Virus record (IMG/VR): IMGVR_UViG_3300042562_001138
Coordinates: 897-64,896 of that record
Origin: a virus
Lineage: Duplodnaviria; Caudoviricetes
DNA length: 64,000 nt
Strand: one strand, 5' to 3'
A program made the position numbers and the translations under genes. Positions 56,065-64,000 of the stretch are shown here, one piece after another. Under the pieces are notes generated by a model. The model was not told where the DNA came from. It did no database searches and saw only the letters and a list, made by a program, of their open reading frames with translations. Positions within the stretch are counted from its first letter, which is position 1. Each line of letters begins with the position of its first letter.

Positions 56065-56355
56065 ATGGAATTAATTAATGTAACTATAGGTGACGTAAAT
56101 CACAAAATTATCAAAGATAAAATTCGTGATAATTATCAAGTTGTATCTCAATTTAAAGATGATATGTGTGTAGAGATTTTTAATTTTGAAACACTTGCAG
56201 AGGCTAAAAACCACTTAGATAATGAGGTAAATACTCATATTGAAATGCTTGCAAATTTAGAGGAATATTTAATTTTAGCCTTAGAAAAGGCAGAAATTTT
56301 AAACCTAGATATAAGCGAAAATATAAACGAAATTTTAAATAAATTAAAAATTTAG
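56065..56355 (+). CDS. Hypothetical early protein
   Basis: ORF track; repeated leader. Confidence 0.7.
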   Translation: MELINVTIGDVNHKIIKDKIRDNYQVVSQFKDDMCVEIFNFETLAEAKNHLDNEVNTHIEMLANLEEYLILALEKAEILNLDISENINEILNKLKI

Positions 56356-56359
56356 AAAC

Positions 56360-56521
56360 ATGAAAAAATATAAATTTACAAAAGGCGTTTTAAATAAGAT
56401 CACAAACGAATATTATAATTTAACGCTTTTTTCGGGTGAAAATGTAATATACAAAGCAACCATAACAAGTAATGAAGCCTGTAAATTAGTTAATAAACAC
56501 AATAATATTGTGATTGAATAA
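56360..56521 (+). CDS. Hypothetical early protein (53 aa, not in track)
   Basis: MKKYKFTKGVLNK...NIVIE; fills the gap in the operon. Confidence 0.55.
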   Translation: MKKYKFTKGVLNKITNEYYNLTLFSGENVIYKATITSNEACKLVNKHNNIVIE

Positions 56522-56524
56522 ACA

Positions 56525-56695
56525 ATGGCAAAACTACTAATGTTACTATTTTTAAACTCAAATAGTTTAAAGATAAAAGGCGAAAAAATCGAAATATTCA
56601 AAGATATGGAGCGTGGATATAGTGCAATTTACAAAGGCGAATATTACGAAGGATACACAAAAAAGGATCTAAAAAAACAAATTAAAAATCAATAA
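56525..56695 (+). CDS. Hypothetical early protein (56 aa, not in track)
   Basis: MAKLLMLLFLNSN...KKQIKNQ; fills the gap in the operon. Confidence 0.55.
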   Translation: MAKLLMLLFLNSNSLKIKGEKIEIFKDMERGYSAIYKGEYYEGYTKKDLKKQIKNQ

Positions 56696-56706
56696 AAACA
56701 AACAAC

Positions 56707-56925
56707 ATGAAATTTAACATTAAACAAATACGTAATGGGATTGAATCAGCATACGGATACGAAAATTTATCTATTGAGGATGCAATTTATGAATTAAGAA
56801 AAAATGAAATTGTATCTGATATTTACACTAAAGAAGAGATAATTAGTTTAGTTAATAACATGAAACCAAAACAAATTAAATATTTTGGTACACAATGGAT
56901 TGAAATAAAATTGCAATGTATATAA
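56707..56925 (+). CDS. Hypothetical early protein
   Basis: ORF track; AAAAACAAACAAC leader. Confidence 0.7.
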   Translation: MKFNIKQIRNGIESAYGYENLSIEDAIYELRKNEIVSDIYTKEEIISLVNNMKPKQIKYFGTQWIEIKLQCI

Positions 56926-56956
56926 TAAACTTATGCAAGTGTAAAAAAAAAAGTAG

Positions 56957-57255
56957 TAACATTTAAAAAACAAACAACATGAAAAATTATAGTTTACAAT
57001 CATGCGAAAATGCAATAGATAAATATGTTAATGAATTAGGTGGTTATTGTACGCAAATATATGAAGGTACTTTGGGATTAGGATTTTTGATCCTACATGA
57101 TGCGCCCGGATACAAAAATATATTAATCAAGGAATATTTTATAAATAGTTGGTTAAGTGGGCACAAAGTAACAAAGTATAAAGTTTTACCAAAAAAATAT
57201 AGGGATTTAATAAACTCAATAGATTAACATTTAAAAAACAAACAACATGAAAAAT
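56957..57255 (+). repeat. 31-bp direct repeat TAACATTTAAAAAACAAACAACATGAAAAAT (56957-56987, 57225-57255)
   Basis: Identical leader-plus-start copies on consecutive genes; partial third copy at 56694-56712. Confidence 0.85.
56979..57227 (+). CDS. Hypothetical early protein
   Basis: 82 aa (EGTLGLG...IKEYFINSW). Confidence 0.7.
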   Translation: MKNYSLQSCENAIDKYVNELGGYCTQIYEGTLGLGFLILHDAPGYKNILIKEYFINSWLSGHKVTKYKVLPKKYRDLINSID

Positions 57256-58548
57256 ATAGAAAAATATATAACTAAAAAAACACAAGTTTTTACGGAAAAA
57301 GATAAAACAGTTATTTTTATTCCAGAAGGCAGAATTGTATTAAATAAACCTTACAAAAATATAAATAGCAAGTTAGTTTTATCCTCTCAAGGTGAAAATG
57401 TTTTTAATGAGGATTTAAAAACCGATATTGAAACCGCTAAAGACATTACAAGTAACATTTTACCGGAACTAGAAAAAATTAAATTAGCCTCTAAATTTTG
57501 TGGTAAGGACGATTTACGCCCTATTATGAATAATGTATTTATCAGTAATGGTGATGTAGTGGCTACTGATGCTCATATATTAGTTAAGTATTCAAATTGT
57601 GCAAGCTTAATGGATTTTGACAGGCTTTTATTTAATTCAAATATAGTTGGTTTATTAGAGGGCGCAAAAGTGATTAAACAAGCCGATAAATTTATATACA
57701 TTGAACATAATGATTTTTATGTTATAAGTTTTACTGATAGTGGCAAATATCCTAATTACAATGCTGTAATTGTAAGGAATGATTTAATTAACAAAGCTGT
57801 TAACATACAAATTAATGAGGATTTTAAACAAGCTTTAAATTTAACTAATACAGTAACAAATTGCATAAATATTTATGATGATAAAGTAAAATATTACATT
57901 GAACAGGAAGCGCAAATAAATGAGTTTGATATTAAACAAATTGATGTTAAATTAAACGACAATTTAACTGTTTTAATGATGCCAATTATGGGCGATACAA
58001 AAACGCCAAACAATCAAGATATATCCCTAAATTGTAAAACGCTTAAAAAAATAGTAGATGCTTTTAAATTGAATAGTGTTAATATTAATATTGCTGATGC
58101 AAATAAGCCTATGCTTATAACATTTGAACAAGAAAAAACAACAATTAAAAAACCAAAACCAAAAACCATGGAAAAACAAGAAACAAAAAGCGTAGATACT
58201 GATATTTTATCAGCTTTAATGCAACAAATTAACGCCTTAACACAACAAGTAGCGGAATTAAAAAACCAACAAATTAGTGCCCCAAAAATAGATAGTGAAC
58301 CTATTAAAGAGAGTGCAAAAATTGAAGCTAAACAGCCTATTAATACTGAAAAGCCAATTATTAAAGTACAAAAGTATTCGGAAAAAAGCTTAATCGTATA
58401 TGGTGATACTAAACTTATCAAAGCTGAACTAATGGAATTACACGCGCGTTTTAATCCATTCCTAAAATTAGATGAGGTTAAAACACCTGGCTGGATCGTA
58501 TCGGTAAAGCATGAGGGAAAAATAAACCAAATTGTGCAAGCATTATAA
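57247..58548 (+). CDS. DNA polymerase III beta-clamp-like domain protein with C-terminal YSEK domain
   Basis: KDDLRPIMNNVFI...VVATDAH, GKYPNYNAVI, VLMMPI resemble DnaN domains; C-terminal YSEKSLIVYGDTK...RFNPFL...PGWIV. Confidence 0.65.
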   Translation: MKNIEKYITKKTQVFTEKDKTVIFIPEGRIVLNKPYKNINSKLVLSSQGENVFNEDLKTDIETAKDITSNILPELEKIKLASKFCGKDDLRPIMNNVFISNGDVVATDAHILVKYSNCASLMDFDRLLFNSNIVGLLEGAKVIKQADKFIYIEHNDFYVISFTDSGKYPNYNAVIVRNDLINKAVNIQINEDFKQALNLTNTVTNCINIYDDKVKYYIEQEAQINEFDIKQIDVKLNDNLTVLMMPIMGDTKTPNNQDISLNCKTLKKIVDAFKLNSVNINIADANKPMLITFEQEKTTIKKPKPKTMEKQETKSVDTDILSALMQQINALTQQVAELKNQQISAPKIDSEPIKESAKIEAKQPINTEKPIIKVQKYSEKSLIVYGDTKLIKAELMELHARFNPFLKLDEVKTPGWIVSVKHEGKINQIVQAL

Positions 58549-58583
58549 TTTAAACAAGTATTAATATTTAAAAACAAATAGCC

Positions 58584-59120
58584 ATGCAAAAAGTAAACAG
58601 ATTTAAGAAAAATATAGCTTTACAAGTTATACAAGAAAAGCAACGAATAAACAAACAAATGTTAAGTATTATTGAAGCAGTTAAAAGTGTTGAATACTCA
58701 AAATACATTACTCTAGTTGGTAAACAAATAGAGGTTAGAAACTCAATATTTATTTACAGTCAAAATGCTTATAAATATAATAGTGCATACGGTATAACGC
58801 ATAACCACACGCCTATTGACAATGAGGAAAGACCAATTACAAATTGTATTGAAGTTGACTACTACAATTACTGTATTTTAAACAACAACTTTAAAATTAA
58901 TATTGGTAGTATTGAAGAGTATCACAAAAAAGGCGTACAGCATTTACTTATACCAAAGTTTAATTCAGGTGCCAATAAGGATTTATATACTAAATTGTGT
59001 ATTGATATTTTTAACGATGCTGCAAAAGATTTGCAAGCCTTTAGAGTTGAAAAACAAACTTTAGTTGACGATGCTTATATGATCCATTTTGGATTTTATG
59101 TTAATCGAGCTTTTTATTAA
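58584..59120 (+). CDS. Hypothetical early protein
   Basis: 178-aa ORF. Confidence 0.7.
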   Translation: MQKVNRFKKNIALQVIQEKQRINKQMLSIIEAVKSVEYSKYITLVGKQIEVRNSIFIYSQNAYKYNSAYGITHNHTPIDNEERPITNCIEVDYYNYCILNNNFKINIGSIEEYHKKGVQHLLIPKFNSGANKDLYTKLCIDIFNDAAKDLQAFRVEKQTLVDDAYMIHFGFYVNRAFY

Positions 59121-59152
59121 ACAAATTGTGTAACATTTAAAATTTAAAAATC

Positions 59153-59602
59153 ATGAAAAAAATTATTGAAATAAGGGAGCAAGCTATGGAATTAATCGAA
59201 TACGGTGATTCAAAAGAAAAGGCAGAAGGACGCGGAATGTTAAGAGTATTAAAGGAATGGCAGTCAATTTTAAAACCTGAATATACTAATCATAGCGTTT
59301 TTGAAACAAGTGGTGAATATATTGAAGAGGTTTCAGAATTTTCGCTTAAACTAAAAATAATCTTTAAATACTTACCATTTAGTACGGTTAAAGGGTATTA
59401 CATTACTACTTTTGGTGTAGATTTAAATTTTGAAGATATGTTTTATATTTCGGGTAAATTTAAAGGTGAGGATTGTTCTGCTTTTTTAAAACTGGGTAAA
59501 TACTTATTAAACATAAATATGCACCCATACAATGAAATGGGAGGTTTTGATAGTGTAGCTTTTGAGGATCAATTTAAAAGATTAGTTAATCAAATTGTGT
59601 AA
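59153..59602 (+). CDS. Hypothetical early protein
   Basis: 149-aa ORF with repeated leader. Confidence 0.7.
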   Translation: MKKIIEIREQAMELIEYGDSKEKAEGRGMLRVLKEWQSILKPEYTNHSVFETSGEYIEEVSEFSLKLKIIFKYLPFSTVKGYYITTFGVDLNFEDMFYISGKFKGEDCSAFLKLGKYLLNINMHPYNEMGGFDSVAFEDQFKRLVNQIV

Positions 59603-59618
59603 CTTTAATAAAAAAACT

Positions 59619-59789
59619 ATGGCAAATTTTGATACAAAACTACAAATAGCTTCCGTTTTAGCATCAGAGGACTACTTAAATGCTATTATTGAAGAAATGG
59701 AAAATGTAAAAACAATAGGCGCAAAGCGACAATTTATTTACGAAATTACCTTATACGAATTAATTAAAAACTTTGTAAATCTTAACTAA
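59619..59789 (+). CDS. Hypothetical early protein
   Basis: ATG at 59619 (MANFDTK) within track ORF 59595..59789. Confidence 0.6.
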   Translation: MANFDTKLQIASVLASEDYLNAIIEEMENVKTIGAKRQFIYEITLYELIKNFVNLN

Positions 59790-59791
59790 AC

Positions 59792-59974
59792 ATGATAACT
59801 GAAAATAGATTATTTAATACAAAATTAATTTCAATCCAAAAGGATTATATTAAAGTAGTAAACTGTATTGTATCCTGTAAAACACGCATCCAGGAGCAAA
59901 ATGCGGAAAAGCTAAAGGAATTTTTTAAGCGTAAACACATTGACAATCCTTTTTACTCACAATTTAAGTTTTAA
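59792..59974 (+). CDS. Hypothetical early protein
   Basis: ORF track. Confidence 0.6.
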   Translation: MITENRLFNTKLISIQKDYIKVVNCIVSCKTRIQEQNAEKLKEFFKRKHIDNPFYSQFKF

Positions 59975-59977
59975 GCT

Positions 59978-60151
59978 ATGGTTATATATGCAAGTATGGT
60001 AAACATACCACTAGAGGAATTAAAGCGCGTATATACGCCTTTAAATGCGGAATTAACAATAAAGGAAGTGCAGGTGCTTGCACAATTAGTAAAAATCAAA
60101 ACAAACAAACTATGGGAGCTAATAGAATCAAAAAAAATATCCTTTCAGTAA
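59978..60151 (+). CDS. Hypothetical early protein (57 aa, not in track)
   Basis: MVIYASMVNIPLEELKR...KISFQ. Confidence 0.5.
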   Translation: MVIYASMVNIPLEELKRVYTPLNAELTIKEVQVLAQLVKIKTNKLWELIESKKISFQ

Positions 60152-60211
60152 TTAAAACTATATACCTTTATGCTGTATTGGTTATAGTGTGGGTAAAGTG
60201 TAAATAGCAAA

Positions 60212-60535
60212 TTGTGTAACCTTAAAAAAATACTTGTGGAAACTTATCAGGAATACAAACAAAAGAAAAGCGAAATTGATGCTACGCTTCAAAAAATAGA
60301 AACAATCCTACAATCTTTTCCTAAAACAGAATGGGGGCTGGTCCCGGATGAAGTTAGAAAATCAGATTTTTACATAAAAACTAAAAATGATTGGAATATA
60401 TACTTTTCGCTTTTGCAATCTATTCATACAATCGGAATGAAAAAGTTTAAAAAGGAAATTCAAAAAGAAATACAGGACAAAAGAGATGTGGCAACAAAAA
60501 AATATATGCTTGATAAATTAACGCCACACAATTAA
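60212..60535 (+). CDS. Hypothetical protein
   Basis: GLVPDEVRKS motif; start uncertain. Confidence 0.6.
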   Translation: MCNLKKILVETYQEYKQKKSEIDATLQKIETILQSFPKTEWGLVPDEVRKSDFYIKTKNDWNIYFSLLQSIHTIGMKKFKKEIQKEIQDKRDVATKKYMLDKLTPHN

Positions 60536-60907
60536 AATTAAACAAAATGAAAAATCACGAAGGTTTTATTAGAGGATACCATAGAAACAGTAAGGCTTGG
60601 TATGCAAAATACGTAAAGAAAAATAATATAGAAGTGGGATTCGGGATGTATAATTCTGATGGTGGAACTTCTGGAGAAATGGTTATGGAGTGGGTGGAAT
60701 TAAATGGGAGATTATGCGCAAGGCTTAAATGTTTTCAGGATGGGTGGTCTTCTTTATCATCTTTTACCGACTTAATTCAGAAAATGGGAGAAGTTGATAG
60801 CGAATTAATACAAGAAGAAGATTTTTGTAAAATACTTAACGAATGTGGTTTTACTGACTTAACTGCATATACAAATATACGCTTTTAAAATTAACGCCAC
60901 ACAATTA
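60515..60907 (+). repeat. 20-bp direct repeat AAATTAACGCCACACAATTA (60515-60534, 60888-60907) flanking one ORF
   Basis: Identical 20-mers read directly. Confidence 0.9.
60547..60888 (+). CDS. Hypothetical protein (inserted gene)
   Basis: 113 aa (GGTSGEM...W...RLKCFQDGW); G-richer than neighbours; between the 20-bp repeats. Confidence 0.75.
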   Translation: MKNHEGFIRGYHRNSKAWYAKYVKKNNIEVGFGMYNSDGGTSGEMVMEWVELNGRLCARLKCFQDGWSSLSSFTDLIQKMGEVDSELIQEEDFCKILNECGFTDLTAYTNIRF

Positions 60908-60911
60908 GAAA

Positions 60912-61133
60912 ATGGAAACTTACTTAGACTATCTATTGCAAAAAGAAAAACAAGAAAAAATATTAAGTAGGTTGAGAATAGAAAAAGAACAATACATTAA
61001 CGCTCCTAAATACGTTCGTAATTCAAACGATTATCTTGCGTTTATGATAGAATACCAAAAGGTTTTTTTTAAGCTTGCACAATTAAAAAAAATAGCAAAG
61101 AAAAAGTTTAAGGAATACAATGAAGAAGATTAG
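60912..61133 (+). CDS. Hypothetical protein
   Basis: 73 aa; METY...PKYVRNS resembles VETY...PDEVRKS of 60212..60535 (possible paralogue). Confidence 0.6.
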   Translation: METYLDYLLQKEKQEKILSRLRIEKEQYINAPKYVRNSNDYLAFMIEYQKVFFKLAQLKKIAKKKFKEYNEED

Positions 61134-61138
61134 AAATG

Positions 61139-61167
61139 CGCCAGGGTAATACTTGGCGTTTTTTTTT
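61139..61167 (+). terminator. Rho-independent terminator ending the early operon
   Basis: CGCCAGG-gtaata-CTTGGCG followed by a T run. Confidence 0.8.
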
Positions 61168-61242
61168 GTATTTATTTTCAAGTATGATTTGTTTATACGT
61201 TTTATATGTTTATTTTTACTTAAACTTTTAAAATAATACGTT

Positions 61243-61374
61243 ATGAACAAAATTAAAAACACAACAATTTACCTTGATCCTGAAATCAAGAAAAAAGCAA
61301 AACAAAAAGCCAAAGAAATGTTGGGTAAAGAAAACCTAAGTGCATTTATTACTTACCTTATAAATAAAATATAA
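61243..61374 (+). CDS. Ribbon-helix-helix (CopG/Arc-like) protein, 43 aa, not in track
   Basis: MNKIKNTTIYLDPEIKKKAKQKAKEMLGKENLSAFITYLINKI; beta strand TTIYL plus two helices; TAATG overlap with the next gene. Confidence 0.7.
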   Translation: MNKIKNTTIYLDPEIKKKAKQKAKEMLGKENLSAFITYLINKI

Positions 61375-61943
61375 TGGAAAAGAAACAATTTGAACAAATA
61401 GTAAAAGGTATTATAGAAGAATCTTTTATAACCTTAGTAAAATCAAAAAGATTAAAATTAAATAAAGTATTAACAATTATAAATTTACAGGAAATATACC
61501 TTATAAATCATGATTACTTAGATATTGTCTGTAAACTTTACATAGACGATGCCGATTTTGAATCAGATAATGATTATAAAGAGGTGGTTGAAAAAAGAAA
61601 TGAATTGTTACAGAAAATATCTGAAAAAATAAAAATACCGAAAAGATTTAACCAATTAAGCGATAATGAAAAACAGGTAAAAGATGATTTAAATGAATCT
61701 TGTGAAAAAATAGTGAATTTATCTGACTTTTTAAAAGAAATTATAGATGACGCAAATAAATCGGATGCAAATAATTTTGTGTTTCATAAGTTTCTTGATA
61801 GATTAAATTTAGAAATTAAACTTGTTTTAACTATGAACTATGCTTACAATGATAATTTTTCTGAAAATTCATTATCGCATTTTAAAAATATAGCTCATAA
61901 AATCTTAGATTTACAAGAAGAAATAAACAAATTAACAGAATAA
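61374..61943 (+). CDS. Hypothetical helical protein
   Basis: 189-aa ORF coupled to the RHH gene. Confidence 0.7.
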   Translation: MEKKQFEQIVKGIIEESFITLVKSKRLKLNKVLTIINLQEIYLINHDYLDIVCKLYIDDADFESDNDYKEVVEKRNELLQKISEKIKIPKRFNQLSDNEKQVKDDLNESCEKIVNLSDFLKEIIDDANKSDANNFVFHKFLDRLNLEIKLVLTMNYAYNDNFSENSLSHFKNIAHKILDLQEEINKLTE

Positions 61944-61953
61944 TATATCACAC

Positions 61954-62111
61954 AAAAAAAAAGGGAGGTTTTATCCTCCCTTTTAGCTTTTAAACAAACA
62001 AAAAAACAACCTCAAAATATATGGAAAAACACTATGAGCTTAAAAGAATTGGGGGTAAATAACTTTAGTTAAACACCCCCAATAATTAATCTACTTTGCG
62101 AATAGAGATTA
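61954..62111 (-). ncRNA. Candidate small RNA
   Basis: On the - strand: -7 TAAATTTG (62112-62119) with -33 TTTG (62139-62142, 19-nt spacer); internal hairpin TTGGGGGT...ACCCCCAA; ends in GGGAGG/CCTCCC terminator with U9. Confidence 0.45.
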
Positions 62112-62217
62112 CAAATTTATAGCTTTTTTTTAAACCTACAAATTATTTAGGATAAAAATTTCATTAAAAGCAAATTATTTTTTATATTTGTAATCTAAAA
62201 TTAATCACTTTGCTTCA

Positions 62218-63246
62218 ATGAACAACACAAAACTAAAAATAAAAGTTTTCCCTGCACTGTACGAAGTCTTACTACAAAAAGACTTGGATACTGCATATCT
62301 TTTTTTTGGTGTTTGGAAAAAAGTTCATTCAACAATGTTTGATTATAAATCAGAACTGGGAGTAGCTAAAATGACTGCAATAATGGGTTGTAGTAATTCA
62401 ACTACTCGTAGGATGATTAAACAACTTTTCGCTTTAGGCTGGGTTACAGAAGAGTTAGGAAATGCAAATCACCTTAGATTTGTATCTAACAAAACGCTTC
62501 TTGCACAATTTGGACTAAGCGAAAAACAAAGCGCATTTAATGTTCCTTATGTTGGAAAACAAACAAGGGATATTATGAGCCTATCCGTTTTAATCCTAAA
62601 CCTTGCAAGGCAGGATTTCACAATTACCGAAAAACTAAATCGTAATATCGGCAAATTTCTAGCGAAAATTTATGCAGCAAACAAATCCGCTTGTGCGGAT
62701 GCTGTACAAAATGAGCGTGGTATGAAACAGTTTTTCCTTAATTTTGACATCACTATCACAAGGGCAGGTATCGCCAAAGCTATTAACCGTTTATCTATAA
62801 GTTCAGGTCTAAACCTGTTGAATAGATTATCGAAAATGGGACTTGTTGAGTCCGATGTAAATAGAATTGCAAAGTTATCTGATAAGGCAAACGGACACTA
62901 CAAAAACACCTATGATAAATCAGCTTACGTAAACAGTAAAGGCGAACTTTGGATGCAGTTACCTAATAAGGTTAAATTCAATGATATTCGCTCTGTTGAT
63001 AGTTTACTAAGGGAATTATCTTCCGGCTTAAAAAAACAAGCTAATGTGTGTTTTAAATATAACGCTTCTTATCAAGAGAATATGTTAGAATTATTTGCTA
63101 ACGTTGATCAAAGAAAAAGTGTTTATTTAGAATATTCAGAAAAAGATTTTAATTTAAGTAAAACTAAGAAAGGTTTAGAGATTATTAAAAAGGATAATCC
63201 TTTATATCATGTTTACTTAAATAAAAGTATGCTTAATCATAATTAA
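62218..63246 (+). CDS. Winged-HTH protein, possible replication initiator
   Basis: Two wHTH-like segments (MGCSNSTTRRMIKQLFALGWV; RAGIAKAINRLS...LSKMGLV); -7 element TATATTTG at 62183-62190. Confidence 0.55.
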   Translation: MNNTKLKIKVFPALYEVLLQKDLDTAYLFFGVWKKVHSTMFDYKSELGVAKMTAIMGCSNSTTRRMIKQLFALGWVTEELGNANHLRFVSNKTLLAQFGLSEKQSAFNVPYVGKQTRDIMSLSVLILNLARQDFTITEKLNRNIGKFLAKIYAANKSACADAVQNERGMKQFFLNFDITITRAGIAKAINRLSISSGLNLLNRLSKMGLVESDVNRIAKLSDKANGHYKNTYDKSAYVNSKGELWMQLPNKVKFNDIRSVDSLLRELSSGLKKQANVCFKYNASYQENMLELFANVDQRKSVYLEYSEKDFNLSKTKKGLEIIKKDNPLYHVYLNKSMLNHN

Positions 63247-63520
63247 AGAAAAGATTTAAGTCTTTATTTAATTAAGCTTTATAGGTTCGCTAAAGTAGTT
63301 ACAGTTTCTGACAACAAAACAAGAAGGTTTGCAAATAGCTTACCTAAATTTTTTTTTGTATATACCCAAGAAAAAAAAAGAAGTATAAGCAACCAGAGAA
63401 AAAAGCGTAAATAGATAAAATCTATATTGATGCACAATTCCAATAGAAAATTAATATAAAATAAATGTTTTGAAAAAAGAAAAGAAATATTATCTTTGAA
63501 AAAAGATTTAAAGAAAGTAT

Positions 63521-63778
63521 ATGGAACTAGAACACATTAAAGCAAATGGCGTTTATTACAGACCACAAAAAGCAGGCGTTAAGGATAAATATAAAAAATT
63601 TGGAAATTATCCAGTTTGCACAATTAAGAAACTATGGTTTGGATTTTGGCAAATAGATTATTACTGTGAGGTTACAGCATGGAAAAAAGGGTATGTACAG
63701 GATGGAGAGGAAAATTATCCAAATAAACGTATTATTTTAAGCCCTTTACATATTCAAGAAATAAGTTATAAGTTATGA
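63521..63778 (+). CDS. Hypothetical protein
   Basis: 85 aa; -7 element TATCTTTG at 63491-63498. Confidence 0.65.
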   Translation: MELEHIKANGVYYRPQKAGVKDKYKKFGNYPVCTIKKLWFGFWQIDYYCEVTAWKKGYVQDGEENYPNKRIILSPLHIQEISYKL

Positions 63779-63984
63779 AAAAGTTAATTTATATTTTATT
63801 CCTCCCCCTTCTATCCTTTGCCCCACCAAACAAGGTGGAAATAAGGCAAGAGTTTGATTATTCCGAACACATAAGGCAAAAATTAAACTGCATTTTGGAA
63901 ATTGAGGATGGTAGCAACTATTGGGATGCAAAAAATAAGATTGAAAGCAAAGAATTATTAATTATTAAATATTTAGAGAGATGA
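63775..63984 (+). CDS. Hypothetical secreted/membrane-anchored protein
   Basis: Signal-peptide-like MKKLIYILFLPLLSFA. Confidence 0.6.
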   Translation: MKKLIYILFLPLLSFAPPNKVEIRQEFDYSEHIRQKLNCILEIEDGSNYWDAKNKIESKELLIIKYLER

Positions 63985-64000
63985 AAATAGAAAATTACGA

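Larger units (their letters stand above)
208..63625. repeat. Dispersed genome-wide 9-mer AATTGTG(C/T)A / T(G/A)CACAATT
   Basis: About 90 copies counted by eye, e.g. 208, 324, 1022, 1320, 1723, 3431, 6051, 7561, 13961, 29561, 29651, 33581, 50551, 55824, 62502. Confidence 0.9.

Noticed and set aside
208-63625. AATTGTG as lac operator or vector contamination
   Set aside because: Only the 7-bp half matches; it is followed by CA/TA rather than AGCGG and sits in frame within native genes.
1-64000. Stop-codon reassignment as in some crAss-like phages
   Set aside because: Genes up to 2725 aa are intact in the standard code, and TAG and TGA end genes normally.

Overview
The window is most of an AT-rich dsDNA tailed-phage genome. 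A Bacteroidota (probably Flavobacteriia-like) host is inferred from the many TAnnTTTG -7 promoter elements and A-rich leaders without Shine-Dalgarno sequences. Layout: (i) 1-13 kb, + strand, replication/recombination genes: stand-alone DnaA domain IV, serine recombinase, two C5 methyltransferases, primase-helicase, SSB-like, MazG-like, YqaJ exonuclease, annealing protein; (ii) 13-53.6 kb, - strand, late block: lysis cassette, tail fibre, 2725-aa ejection protein, crAss-like tail nozzle and ring proteins, major capsid, scaffold, portal, terminase, GroES-like; (iii) 53.6-54.3 kb, non-coding strand switch; (iv) 54.3-64 kb, + strand, small early-type genes. No DNA polymerase, RNA polymerase, tyrosine integrase, tRNA or CRISPR array was recognised. 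Most unusual: (1) the 9-mer AATTGTG(C/T)A occurs about 90 times by eye against 2-3 expected, in coding and intergenic DNA, is missing from apparently imported segments, and lies at the ends of direct repeats bracketing two single-gene inserts; (2) an integrase-less array of attC-like cassettes downstream of the serine recombinase, one carrying a methyltransferase whose start codon lies in the upstream attC; (3) a pistol ribozyme among the early genes; (4) two promoter-terminator-bounded sRNA candidates complementary to phage leaders. All assignments come from reading motifs by eye; no searches were run.
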